NCBI RefSeq assembly: GCF_009914755.1
Contig: NC_060935.1
Origin: the human T2T-CHM13v2.0 reference genome, Homo sapiens
Length of the DNA stretch: 64,000 nucleotides
Strand: one strand, 5' to 3'
Part shown: in pieces, positions 26,492-39,660 of the stretch
Layout: each line of letters starts with the position of its first letter
Position numbering within the stretch: the first letter of the stretch is position 1
Program-made: the position numbers and the translations under genes
The notes under the pieces: model-generated
The model's database searches: none
The model's input: only the letters and a program-made list of their open reading frames with translations
Told to the model about the DNA's origin: nothing

Positions 26492-27564
26492 AAAAGCAGC
26501 AGTAGATACTGTTTAAGCCTGCAGATATGGCACCTGTGCAGTCCTCAGCATCTCTGTTCTAGAAATTTGTCCTGGATTTTTAACATCACCAAATGATCTG
26601 GAAAAGTAGTGAAAAATTTAGAAAATTTTAATGCTACTTGAAAAACTTACCTTAGAAAGGAAGTTAAAAACCTTCTGTCAGGGGTTGGGATAATTTCTCG
26701 TGACTAAATCTTAGAATTATCAGAATATGGTTAAGGGAAATTGTACAAGGACTATGAATAATTATTTGTTTGTTTGTCTCCTCATTCCCGTCATCGGAGC
26801 CCAGAGTCTTGAATACTGTTTGTATGCTGACTTGACAGACCACTTAGCAAATAATTCTGCCACTTAAAGTGTCCAAAACAACACTGCCATAACCTAGTCA
26901 GAGACTACAGACACCATGATTTGTAAAAGATTTTGAATAAGGTAGGCCTGGGCATGGGAATAATAAAGGAAAGATTTCCTTTTGCCAAGTAGGAAAGAGT
27001 GCAAAAGGTTTTTGATTTTTTCAATACCTAAGTGCCTTGGGATTGCTTTTTGCAATCTTTGCATGTAAAAGAATTACAAGTCTTAAGCCCAAACTCCCCA
27101 CCTTTCTTCCTAAATCTAAAAAGCAGAATATGCTTTCTCAGACTTGCTTACCCTTAGGCCATATTATTCTGAAAACTGAGAATGCTTACTTAATTTTAGC
27201 AGAACATCTGCCTTATATCTCTCATCACATTCCTATTTTTATACCCTTTTATTGCAACCAACATATAAAATCTCTGCCAACTGCCACAAGCACAGCAGCC
27301 TCACTTTCATATTGACCTTCCTGTTACAGAAGCAGAAAACAAAACAAAAAAAGTTTTATTCTCTTACATCTTTGTTTGGTGGTTGTATTTAGGATTCTAG
27401 GAACTTCTCTTGGACCCTTTCTCTTTTTAGCAAATGCCTGCAGATTCTTGAAGTGACTGCCCTAAAACTAGCCCCTCTGTGCAGTATTTTCTCAAACTTG
27501 TATGACGTTCAAAACTTCATCCTCATACTTACTATAGTATTACACGCTGCTTCTATATTTTTCT

Positions 27565-27672
27565 CGCTAGATCATAGGCTCAACAAGTAAAGGGAAAGTA
27601 TCTTATTAGTTTTTATTTTTCTGTGACCTACTACAGTGCCTGGCATAAAGTTGACTTTTAATAAACATAGTA
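27565..27672 (+). mobile_element. L2 3' end
   Basis: ctacagtgcctggcataaag...aataaacat. Confidence 0.55.
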
Positions 27673-27684
27673 TGACAATAGTAG

Positions 27685-27930
27685 GTGAAGGAATGGGGTT
27701 TTGAGTCAGTCTGACCTGGGTCCCAGCCCTGGCTTCAAATATGTAAGATGTAAAATCATGACCAGGTTTCTTAATCCCTGTAAGCCTCAGTTTTATCAAC
27801 TGTAAAATGGAGGAAATAGTTGCACCAACCTCAGTAATGGCATTGTTAATAAATGAATTGGTGCACAGAGGGGAATTAGCACCGTGCCTTACATGTGGTA
27901 AATACTCAATGCATGTTAACTATTAATAAC
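27685..27930 (+). mobile_element. MIR (near full length)
   Basis: gagtcagtctgacctggg...gcctcagttttatcaactgtaaaatgg...actcaatgcatgttaactatt. Confidence 0.85.
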
Positions 27931-29739
27931 ATTTAATAAAAGTAAAAAAGTGAATTACAGTTTAGCAAATTATCTGCAGTCTATTTCCAAATCAGTTTAT
28001 GTTCAAACTGTAACACTTTTGTCTTGTCTGGATTAATCCTATGTGGAGGCATAAAACGTTGTCATCCCGTATGGCTTGAATACTTCTTTATGATGCATAA
28101 GTGGTAGTACTAATATTTCTGAATTTTAATGATATGCAGTAAAACTGTAAAACCATAATGCTGCACAAGCACAGTGATCAAAGCTTTCAGTGGAGTTTAA
28201 TTTTGTTCTATGCATATGTACTTTCTGTTTTAATTCCTTAAAGTCATATTTTTTTCAATCCATTCTTTTGATCCGGTCTTCCAAAATAGTAAGTTCTGTC
28301 AATCTCTCTCCAACTTCTCCCTCCCTCTCTTTCCCCTCCACCCCGTTTTCTCCAATGATATAATATGTTGTTGTATTCAATTTAATTTATACATTGATGA
28401 GTAAAATCATGTTTATAATATAAAACTGCATAAGAGAAACTTTGCATATATTACGAAAAGTGGAAGAAGATTAATCTCCTGGTGCTTTCTGACCTCTCCC
28501 TGCCAAGGAAGAGTGTCTGGATATATGAGCAGAGAAACTCAGAGGTAACTCAATGCATTGCACACAAAAGGTGAACATCAGGATCCATTTCCAAAGGCTG
28601 CGGATTCTACAGCTTGCCTCTCCTCCAGTGGTTAAAGGTGAACAGTCACCTGGTGTCATTATTATTATATGTGTATTTGATGATTCCTTTGGCCATTTCA
28701 ATTCTCTTGGAGTGTGAAGAGCAATTGTTATTGAATTTTAAGCCCCATGGCAATAGATTTTAGTTTCAGCCATGCATGGAAATATGTGTTAAGCATATTA
28801 CAAGCTCATAGATGTATATCCTAGATTATATGAAGACAAGGTGAAATATAAGCCTTGCCACTGTGGTCCCAAGACTGTCTTAAGTGCTTATAATATGAGG
28901 GCAGAAGATTTATTACAGTTTGGGGTAATAATCTGTTATGGATCATTGTTGATCATTACGATTCTGAAGTGAAAAATGTATATTGCAATTTAAAAGATTT
29001 GTTTCCCCTTATATCTCATTTGTAACTCTCCTATTTGTGTTATAGAATTTCAATATATATTTATGATATATGCTTCTACGGATACACTGCAACACTGAAA
29101 TGGCACTTTTGGATAAAGTTTTCTTGTTTCCCCATTAATGAGAGTTTTAAAATATTTATGAGGAGCAATGCATGTAATATACTATTTTAAGGGTACACCA
29201 GCTGTTCTTCACACTGGGTGCTTATAAATACATACATATTTTTAGTCCATATTCAAACACATTATTATGTCTGTTAAAAATTAAGAAGATAATGTGGAAA
29301 GTTGCTTTAGAACAGAAAGTGTTATACTGGGTGTGGTCTTGTGTTTAATATGTAACATTTAGTGTTCCCTAATATTTACTCTTATGGTATTCTACATTAA
29401 ATAAGCAAGAGTTGCAAATGCTAAGATTACTTGTTGTTTGATGGCTATGTTGCCTACTCATACTTTATATATAATATTATAAAGGTTTATGTTTGCAAAA
29501 TGTTTTCACAAACCTCATATAATCCCCATGATGACCTGAGAAGTAGTCGGTCAGGTATACCTGTAGCAAGCGGCTGAATGAATACTAACGATTTCTGCTC
29601 TACCTCCCCCAACAAAGTCTTCAAGTCTTTTAATTCCTATTCTAGGATTTCTTGAATTGCAGTAAGCTGTACTTAGTGCTATGTATTACCCTAAAAACCT
29701 TAACATATATTTAATATAGATAAAAATTGTATATAATTA

Positions 29740-30112
29740 TATAAATATATAAAGGTTTTCCATAAATACAAAAATGTAAACATAAATAGAGAGTCCCATA
29801 CATTTATATCTACAAACAAGATAAATTCATAAATTAAGGTAACTTTTAACCGGAGAAGTTACATCTAAATCTTATAAATTATGTATACGATCTGAGTTCA
29901 GGAAACTACAAATCACTGATGAAAGAAATCAAAGATCTATACATAGAGAGAGTTACTCCATAGATGAACATGAGGAATGTTCATGGGTTGGAACACTAAA
30001 TATTGTAAAGAGGCCAATTATTTTACATTTGATCTAAAAATTCAATGCAATCCCAACCAAAATTCTAGAAAGCTATATATAGCTTTCTATATAACAGTAG
30101 ATTTTGGCAAAC
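29740..30112 (+). mobile_element. Old L1M ORF2 fragment
   Basis: aaactacaaatcactgatgaaagaaatcaaaga...tgttcatggg...ttcaatgcaatcccaaccaaaatt. Confidence 0.75.
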
Positions 30113-30310
30113 AGGTGTGAGATAAGACATTGCAAATAAAAATTTTTTAAAAATGAGTGGTTAGTGCTTACTTGGGCAGTATATTTTGTCATAACTCATT
30201 CATCCACTTAAACACTTCTTGAATGTCTTTCTATGCCAGGCACTCTACTATGCACTGGGAAATAGTCACCAATAAAGCAGAGACACATGCTTTGCTTATA
30301 TGGAGCACAC

Positions 30311-30626
30311 TTTTAAAAATATTTTTAAATGTTTTATTTTTTTTTAAGATGGAGTCCTGCTCTGCCACCCAGGCTGGAGTGAGGTGGCACAATCTCAGCT
30401 CACAGCAACCTCTACCTCCTAGTTCAAGTGATTCTCCTGCCTCAGCCTCCCATGTAACTGGGATTACAGGTGCCCACCGCCACACCTGGCTGATTTTTGT
30501 ATTTTTAGTAGAGACAGGGTTTCACCAAGTTGGCCAGGCTAGTTTCGAACTCCTGACCTCAGGTGATCCGCCCATTTTGGCCTCCCAAAGTTTTGGGATT
30601 ACAGGCGTGAGCCACAGAGCCCCGCC
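30311..30626 (-). mobile_element. AluS (Sx/Sz-like)
   Basis: Full dimer; TSD tatggagca(c/t)ac. Confidence 0.95.
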
Positions 30627-30758
30627 TATGGAGCATACATTTTTGGTGGCAGAGTGGAACAAATAATAATTAAGTAAATAAGCAAATAATTTTGGAAAAT
30701 GATAAATGCTTTAGAGAACAACAAAGCAGAGATGGGTGATAAGAATTTGGGAATTTCT

Positions 30759-30986
30759 ATTTTATTTATTTTTAAATTTTTAAATTTTCAATTTTTGTGG
30801 GTACATAGTAGGTGTCTGTATTTATGGAGCATATAAGATATTTTGGTACAGCATGCAATGCATAATAATTACATCATGGAAAATTGGGTATTCATCTCCT
30901 CAAGGATTTATTCTTTATGTTACCAACAATCCAATTATACTCTTAGTTATTGTAAAATGTGCAAGTAAATAGTTATTGACTATAGT
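30759..30986 (-). mobile_element. L1MA2/3-like 3' end
   Basis: tttttgtgggtacatagtaggtgt...caacaatccaattatactc. Confidence 0.85.
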
Positions 30987-32056
30987 AGGGGCTTCAACTT
31001 TAAATAAGATTATCAGGGAAGGCCTCACTGAAAAGGTAGAATTTGTTTAAAGACATGAATGAGGTAAGGAAATGAGCCCTGTGGATATCAGGAGGCAAAT
31101 AAGTCAAGCAGAGGAAAGAGAAGGTGCAAAGTCCTTGAGGCTGGAGGGCGGATGGTGTGTTTGAGAAATAATGCGGCTAAAGTGGAGAAATAAATTGGGA
31201 TAGAGCATTAGATGACATCAGAAAGATGACAGTTGTAATGATATGGGAGGGGCAAATCACATAGGGCTTGTGGACTATTGCAAAAAGTTTTGGTTTTACT
31301 ATTTGTAGGATAAAAAGGGCTATAAGCAGACAAGTAGAAGGAATGAATTGAAGCAAAAAGACCAGTGGCAAAGCGATTGTAATAACCCAAGCAAGAGATG
31401 ATGGTGTCATAAATGAGGATGTGGCAGTGGAGGTACTGGAAATGGTCAGATATAGTGTACATTTTGACTGCAGAGTCAATATGATTTTCTGATGAATTGG
31501 ACGTGGTGTGTGGGAGAAAGGATGATTTTCAAATTATGGGACTCTGTACCTGAAAGAGTGGAATTCTCATTAGTTAAGGTTTAGAAGTCTGTAGGTAGAA
31601 CAGATGGGGGTGGGTTGGAGGTAGATCAGGAGTTGAGTTTTGGACATGCTAAGTTGATGGTGTCTCTTATATACCCAGGTGGAGATTTTTAATAGACAGA
31701 TGTGTGAATCTGCATTCAGGCAAGTAGACTGAGCTGGAAATAAGGCTTTAGGAATTTTTAGCTTCAGATGAAATTTAAAGTCAGAAGATTGAATGAGATC
31801 CTCTCAAGAGCAAGTACAGATAGATAGGAAAAGAGGTGTAAGAACTAACTCCAGCTTCAAGAGGTGAGGAATGTGATGAGACAATACAAGAAAGACTAAG
31901 TGAATGAATAAGTAGGTGAAGTATGGAAACCAAATCAGTGTTTCAAAGTGGAGGGAGTAGCCAGCTGTGTGAAGTGTAAGGTCAATCAAGAGAAAAATCT
32001 AAATTTGACATTAACAATAGTGAAAGTCTTTATAATACCTTCTTTTGTGGTTGTAC

Positions 32057-32490
32057 TGTCAAAGCAATAACAGAGCTGGATAGTAGTTAAAATGGTACAA
32101 ACAGATTTTATTTAGGACTACTGCAGCAGAGGAAAGGGACCTCAGCATAGAACTGGACTCAATTCTGATACAGGATGGGCAAGTGAGAATCTACAGCCAA
32201 GGAACACAGTGGGTATCAGTGCGTGGAAAATTACTAAGAGGAAACATTGGGATTCTGGCTAATCCTGACCTAGCAGGATTGTTACTGAAAACAGGACAGG
32301 ATGATCAGACATTACTTGGGAGATTGTGGAGAATAAGGAACCTGATCAGATATCCAGGGTGGGGAATTCTTGCTAAACTAACTCAGCAGGATTCTCTGTG
32401 AAACAGGATTTTTAAGGAAGTACACAGATGGTCCTAGGAGAAGATTCAGGAGCCTGACTGAAGTTTGATCAAGCAAAGATTTATTTGTTA
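32057..32490 (-). mobile_element. MER31-like ERV1 solo LTR
   Basis: cctaggagaagattcaggagcctgactgaagtttgatcaagcaaaga end; 4-bp TSD gtac at 32053-32056 and 32491-32494. Confidence 0.8.
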
Positions 32491-32534
32491 GTACATTACA
32501 TTGCAGTTCATTACAATAGTGTTCTTCTCACGTT

Positions 32535-32611
32535 CAGCACCCTGGGCTGTTCAAGCCTTGAGGTAGTTATAACTGCTCATATATCCATCACAGATTTTAT
32601 GTGTGCACCAG
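32535..32611 (+). repeat. 77-bp direct repeat, copy 1 (inserted)
   Basis: 70/77 identical to 33255-33331. Confidence 0.95.
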
Positions 32612-32624
32612 TTCATTACAGTAC

Positions 32625-32825
32625 ATTACAGTTCACAAGTCATTTTAAAACAACTTTTCCCTATTTTATTTTCACAGCAATCCTACACAAAAGATATTCT
32701 GAACTTTGTATGCTTTAGCTGAAGAAACTGACAGTAAAGTAAAATTATTCAAACATTTTTCTGCTCTCGAATGGCATAGCCTAGGCTTAAACAATTTTAC
32801 ATGATTTTAAATCTAGTGAGATAAC
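32625..32825 (-). mobile_element. MIR
   Basis: ttacagttcacaag...ttcacagcaatcct...gctgaagaaactga. Confidence 0.55.
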
Positions 32826-33254
32826 ATCTTGTCTAAGATATTTTGTGCCACTTGGTTGGTACTCAATAAATTATTCTTTTTTTCTATTTCTCTTTTTCTT
32901 TTAAAGATTATCATCCTTCTAGCAATATCTATACCAAATGGTGTTAAAACATAAATTATTTAAGTAATATATTCATTTTGTATTAGTCAACTTTTATATG
33001 ACAGTCATTAGGCTTGGAAAAAGGAAAACAAAACTGAGTAAGATATAATCCAACCCTTTGAAAAGATCACACTGTAGTATGTGAGACAGATATTCATAAT
33101 ATACTGTGCTAAGGATTCTAATAGGGGTAGCTGAAAAGGACTAAGGGAACGCCAAGAATAACTAATTCAGCTTGAGTGGTTAGACTAAAGTGATACTTTG
33201 TAGGAGAAAGTCAAGATGATTGAAAGCAGAAGGATAAAATATACTGTTCTTGAA

Positions 33255-33331
33255 CAGCACACTGGGCTGTTCAAGCCTTGAGGTAGTTATAACTGCTCAC
33301 ATATCCATCAAAGGTTTTATCTGCACACCAG
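33255..33331 (+). repeat. 77-bp direct repeat, copy 2 (probable donor)
   Basis: Matches 32535-32611 at an offset of 720 bp. Confidence 0.95.
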
Positions 33332-34459
33332 ACACACACCAAGGTCAGGACAACAAGAAAACATCACACATCCATGCAAGCATTAACTTTGATGGATGAC
33401 TTAATTATCTTGGTTCCCTGATGAATAAATAGTGTAACCATTCCCAGAAGATATTTTTTAGTCTCCTAGTTGACAATGACTTAGTTAAGTGGGACATTAA
33501 AACCATGATCTGATAAGATAAAAACATTTCAAAAACTACAGAGCTTTTGTGGTTTGCCCTTAGCTAGTTATACTGTGGACTTGACAATGTACTAGTGACA
33601 TAACAAGATACCCAGCTTATGAATGGATGCCACTGGTATCTGTTTTGGTGTGCTTTGAAAGAAAGACATATTTGTCATCTGCTACAGCACATGTTTTGTT
33701 AGACAAGTTCAGCCAAGAGGACTAAATAATTGAATGCCTCCTTTAAAATATACACACATAAATACACACATCATATGCAAACACACATGATTGTAATGAA
33801 TAGGTAGAGGAAAGCAAAGAAAAACTGTCAGACTGGTTTATCTAAAAATTTTCAAAATAGAGAAATGCCAGTAACCTTTCAATAACAGAGCAAATACATT
33901 ATATAGAGATTCATAAATGCTTCTGCAGTGACTCAGGGAAGAATATGTATTTGGTATCTCTAGGAAATATTTTCATATTCAATTTAAATCACAACTTGTG
34001 AGATATTTCCACAGCTGCAATAACTACCCGTGGATTTTCTTTACTTTTTGTATGGAGCATAAGTGGTGATAGAGCTGTGAAATTTCCAAACAAGTATATT
34101 TATTTCCAAGAACAGGCTTAGAAAGAATTATTCTGTTGTGAACCTAGAGCTTATAATGAATATTCAGAATTGGTAGGGTCAACAAATTTAGAAAAGCTCA
34201 TTTTCAAAGTATACTTAACTCCAAATAGTCTCCCTCAAGTTCACTCTAACCTTTCATGAATTTGGGAAGCCTCACTTCAACTGAGCCCTGGCCATCAGCC
34301 CGAATGTCAGTACCTGAATTGAACTCACTAATGTAGCTTCATATTGTCTCCCCTGATCACATGTAAATTTTGGCTTTACTATAAATCCTAATCCCATTTT
34401 ACCTTCACTTGCTTTTCTTTTTCTTAGCCTTTCTCTTTTCTTTGTAAGCATCATAATCC

Positions 34460-34680
34460 TGTAGACAAACTGGCCAAGTTCAAATCTTTGCTAAGGAACC
34501 TATTAGCTCTAATTTTTAGTACCCTGTTTAAATCCCAGGGCCTCAGTTTTCTCATCTGAAAAATGGGTTTAATAATAGTGTCTCTTTTACAAACTTCTTG
34601 AAAATATTAAGACAAAATAATAATTAATCTATGTAAACTATTTAGCAAAGTAAGTTGTACATAACCACCAATAGTTATTT
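34460..34680 (+). mobile_element. MIR
   Basis: gcctcagttttctcatctgaaaaatggg core. Confidence 0.75.
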
Positions 34681-34974
34681 TTAGTAGAGTTTATCTTTAC
34701 TCTCAATACTGTTGTCTTCATTAATTTTTTTATCTCCTCTGATATATTCTGCCATATAATATACAGTGTTCTCTAGGCTCATGCTTTAAGAAATTAGACA
34801 TGATTTCAAGAAATATTCATTTCAAAGTACAGATTTGCAAAAAGTAGTAAGAAATAACATAGCTGAAATTTCATTACCCAGAGATAATCACGATTAAAAA
34901 GATGGTATGTTTTTGCAGATTTTTTCCCAATGCAGTTTTATAAATAAAAGTACAAATAAAGTATAAAATACATA

Positions 34975-35330
34975 TATTAATAATAATGAAGGATAAAAAC
35001 CATATGACTCAATAGATGCAGGAAAAGCATTTGACAAAATTCAAATTGTTGACAAAATTTTTATCCATTTACGATAAAACTTTTCAACAAATTAGATATA
35101 CAAGAATTTTTTTGCAATAAAGGCCTGTATTTCAAGCCCACAGCTAACATCATACTCAATGATAAAACATTGAAAGCTTTTCCTTTAGAATGAGACACAA
35201 CAGGAGGATACCTATTCTTGTCACTTCTATTCAACATAGTACTAGAAGTCCTAGACAGAGCAGTAGCAAGAAAAAGAAAAGAAAGGCATAGAAATTGGAA
35301 GAAAAAGGAAGTTAGATGGTCTCTATTTCT
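34975..35330 (+). mobile_element. Old L1M ORF2 reverse-transcriptase fragment
   Basis: tcaatagatgcaggaaaagcatttgacaaaatt (similar to SIDAEKAFDKI), cacttctattcaacatagtactagaagtcctag. Confidence 0.85.
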
Positions 35331-35358
35331 GTTTTATGTATATTTATTTTTCATTCTC

Positions 35359-35383
35359 TGTGTTTGTGTGTGTGTGTGTGTGT
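35359..35383. repeat. (TG)n microsatellite
   Basis: tgtgtttgtgtgtgtgtgtgtgtgt. Confidence 0.9.
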
Positions 35384-35544
35384 AAGGCACTCTGCTTGCC
35401 TGACACTACAAGGCATATAAAGACATTTGCAACATAATTCCTGCTTCTTCAAGGCACTTGCATTCTAGCATAAGGATGAAACAAGCATAGCAATAACTAT
35501 ACTCAGAGTAAAAATATAATATGTGTCTTAGAAGTATAGAAATT

Positions 35545-36027
<483 letters not shown>

Positions 36028-36666
36028 CTATGTTTGGAAGGAAGTTAGACAGGGAGGGTTTGAAGAAGGTGACATTTGAGATGGTTTTTAAGAGGTCAAA
36101 ACTGGAAATGGCAGTAGCTTCCAGGAAAAGGGAATAGCAGTGAAAATCCTTTTCAAAGGTGAGATGAATGTTCTACAACGGTGAGTAGTTCAATTTGATC
36201 AGAATGTAAACATCCTGTAGGGAAGGCAGAAAACAGGAAAATTGAAAGGGAACCTGGGACCAGGTGCCTTAGGGCCTGGGCTGAAGAGTTTGCAGGTAGT
36301 ACAGAATCATTAACAGTGTTCCTGGAAATAATAAATGGCTCTTATAAACAGTGCTTCAGTGGACATTATCTTCTGCACCACTGTACTTTTGCCTAATTAA
36401 ACCCTCAGGATAACCTTCTAAATATTTAATTCCTGAAAGTTTTTGAGGACTTTGATACATGTTGCCAAGCTGCATGAAAATGCCTATTTTTCAAGGGGCT
36501 CACCAGCAGTAGGTGCTATTCTTTTAATCTTTGTCTGTCTTATGAAGGGTAACCAATATGTTACTTTGTTTTTATTTTCATTCCCTTAAATACTAGTGAA
36601 ATTTAATAAATTAGCTCAGATTTAATCTCTTTTCTTTCTGAAATTCCTAATCATGTTCTTAACCCC

Positions 36667-37157
36667 TGTATTATTTTCTTTTGCTGCTATAACCAATTAC
36701 CACGGACTTAGTGATTTAAACATTAAAATTTGTTTTATAATTCAGTATGTCAAAAGACCCACACAGGTCTCAATGGGCTGATACCAAGATGTTAGTAAGG
36801 CTTCCTTCCTTTCTGAAAGCTTCAAGGGAGAATACATTTTACCATTTTAAGCTTCTATTGGTTGACAGCATTCCTTAACTTGTGTCTTTCTCCCTCTTCA
36901 AAACCAGCAGCAGTGGGTCAAGTCCTAATGTCATATCTCTCTGAAGACCCACTCTTCTGCCTTCCTCGTTCAGTTTTAAGGGCTCATATGGTTATATTGG
37001 ACCCACCTAGATAATCTGGGATTATCTAGGTTCATACCCTTAATTGCATCTGCAAAGTCCTTTTTGGCATGTAAAGATATTGTGCGATGAGCATAGCCAC
37101 AGATTCTGGGGTTATGGCATGGACATCTTTGGGGGGCCCACTATTCTGCCTATCACA
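36667..37157 (-). mobile_element. MLT1D-like MaLR solo LTR
   Basis: tgtatt...ggacatctttggggggcccactattctgcctatcaca; 5-bp TSD acccc/accca. Confidence 0.85.
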
Positions 37158-37289
37158 ACCCATTTTTGTTTTAATGGGAGTTTCATTTTTCTAAGTATAC
37201 ATGTAGTAACTCTCTATATTGTTTTTCATATGAGCAAATCTCTTTGTTTCTTCTCTGCCACTGACCAAAAATCACTGTTTTATTAGCTG

Positions 37290-37530
37290 AGGAACATCAT
37301 GGCATGGAGTCTAAGCGTGATGATCATATAGCCAGGTGTCCTAAACTCAACTCCCAGCTCCAAGTCTCATGAACTGTGATGCATTGGATGACTGTCAGAG
37401 TTCACAAAACTGAAATTTTCTCAATTTTAAAATGAGGATATTAATTATAGTACCTACACCATATGATTTTTAACAATCCATGCCAAATACTTGGCATGTT
37501 CTAAGTAGTCAATAATATTTGATACCATTA
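37290..37530 (+). mobile_element. MIR
   Basis: ttttctcaattttaaaatgaggata...agtacctac...ttggcatgttctaagtagtcaata. Confidence 0.6.
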
Positions 37531-37717
37531 AGAATATTTATTCAATGTATAGAAATATATTTGTGTGGCCATGAAGTGTCATGGATCATTCACAGTAACT
37601 AAGATACACCATTGAACAAAATATGGAAAAGTACTATTTCTATTTCTAAGATTACATTCTAGTTATTGGTGTGGGAGAGAGAATAATTAATAAACATTTT
37701 AAAAATGAGTTATACAA

Positions 37718-38130
37718 TATTATGGGCTGAATTGTGTCTTCCCCAAAACCCACATGTTGAAGAACTAGCCCCCAGACCCTCATGATGTAACCATATTTGG
37801 ATACAGGGTCTTTAAAGAGTTAATCAAATTAGAATGATGTTATCAGGGTGAAACCTAATACAATATGATCGGTGTCTTTCTAAGAAAAGAACATTTGGAC
37901 ACAGACACACACATACAAAGGCAAGATGAAGTGAAAGCACGTGGTAAAGACAATCATTTACAAGTCAAAGAGAGGCCTGGAACAGAAAAAAGCCCTCAGG
38001 GGAAAAAAGCAAATCTGTGGACACTTTGATATTGGGATTTTAGCCTCTGGAACTGTGAGAAAATAGGTTTCTGTTATTGAAGGCATCCAGGCTGCAGTAC
38101 TTTGTTACAGCAGCTATAGTATATGATATA
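37718..38130 (+). mobile_element. MLT1A0/MLT1B MaLR solo LTR (inside an L2 remnant)
   Basis: tatgggctgaattgtgtc...ggaactgtgagaaaata...gtactttgttacagcagc. Confidence 0.88.
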
Positions 38131-38722
38131 TGTGGTACATTAGAAATTGATAAATGCTATGGAAAAAATAAAACTACGTAAGGAGGTTGTAATGCCACTA
38201 CAGAGGACTTTCAACAGCACATCACTAGTGGGCGTGGCCAATAACTGTTATTATTCCCTACTATTTTCCTTACCTAATTAGTAGTAGGTATTTATTATGC
38301 ACACAGTTTCTAACTCATGATGTCTGTTTTTAAACATTTGCTTGTAAGGGGACAGTTTGGAATACAGAATCAATGGACACTTTATATTTCAATGACTTAA
38401 CATTCCCTCAACAATCAACAGCATAATTGACCAAATTTGTTTTCCTAATTTCATATCAACACCTGTGGAGCTCCTAATGGCTAGTTTATTAATAATAAAC
38501 ACCACCCTGTGGTTAAGATAAAACATCTGGCTCTTTATCCCATATTTATCAATAATTTTTGTCAGTGTTGTGATGAATACAAATGATCCTGAGTTCCAGT
38601 TTTCTTCTATGGTAATTTATATCAGGTGTCCATGACAAGCATTGTTCCAATATTTCCTAATTTACAAATGCCTGTTTTTCTTTTTGTTTGCTTATAAGGT
38701 GACTGTTTGAAATAAAAAAAAA

Positions 38723-38788
38723 TAGATTTTCACTTGGAAACAAAATTCTATATATTAGATTTTCACTTGGAAACAAAATTCTATATAT
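38723..38788. repeat. Perfect 33-bp tandem duplication
   Basis: tagattttcacttggaaacaaaattctatatat x2. Confidence 0.97.
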
Positions 38789-38836
38789 TAAATTTTCAGG
38801 ATAGTTTGAGAAAATATTTACTCATTTGAAGCCTGA

Positions 38837-39134
38837 TTTTTTTTTTTTTTTTTTTTGAGAAAGGGTCCTGGTTTGTCACCTAGGCTGGAGTGCAGTGGTG
38901 TGGTCATGGCTCACTGCAGCCTTGAACTCCTGGGCTCAAGCTATCCTCTTGCCTCAGCCTCCCAAGTAGCTAGGACTGCAGGCATGTACCACCACACCTC
39001 GCTAAATTTTTATTTTTTGTAGAGACAGGGTCTTGTTACATTGCCCAGGCTGGTGTTGAACCCCTGGCCAAGTGATCCTCCCATCTTGGCCTCCCAAAGT
39101 GCTGGGATTCTGGCATGAACCAATGAGCCCAGCT
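38837..39134 (-). mobile_element. AluJ
   Basis: cactgcagccttgaactcctgggctcaag and ttgcccaggctgg AluJ diagnostics. Confidence 0.93.
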
Positions 39135-39660
39135 TCTAATTTTTACTGATAATATTACTATAAAAACACTTATTCTGAATCTTTTTGAGGATTAATTGGA
39201 ACCTGTTTGTGGACAAACTTTGTAAAAAGAAATATGCATGTAATTATCCTAAATTCTATCAGCAAGACATCTGGTGTATGTGCTATAGAAGACAATGTTT
39301 TCCTAACTTTTCCTTTTTGGGTAGCTCAAAATGAAGGAAGGAAAGTCTTAGAATCTTTGGGTTGGATGGGATCAATTACTACAAAGACATTTTAATTCTC
39401 TTCCTAACAGTTTCTATGAGTGTTCATCTGTGATAACCAGTTGCTGAAGAATCATAATACACTTTCCAACCCCTTATTTAGAAAATTTAATAACAAGGAA
39501 CATTGTTTATTCTAAGGTAGCTCATTCCATTTATAGACAGCTCTTTTTATTTCCTTGTAAATTTTTTTTTATTGTTTGTTTTTCTATTAAACTTAAATTT
39601 TTAGAAAAGTTTTAGATTTATAGAAAAGTTGAGATAATATGTAGGGTTCTCATAAATCCT

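Larger units (their letters stand above)
30196..32045 (-). mobile_element. L2a-like element, interrupted by an Alu and an L1MA
   Basis: tcattcatcc...ctatgccaggcact 3' end; cagggaaggcctcactgaaaagg; atcaggagttgagttttggacatg. Confidence 0.85.

Noticed and set aside
30223-30666. 147-aa ORF
   Set aside because: Antisense Alu read-through giving the typical Alu-derived peptide.
32559-32579. let-7-like TGAGGTAGT in both copies of the 77-bp repeat
   Set aside because: Only 9 nt match and no pre-miRNA-length hairpin; the minus-strand CTACCTCA site would matter only if exonic, for which there is no evidence.
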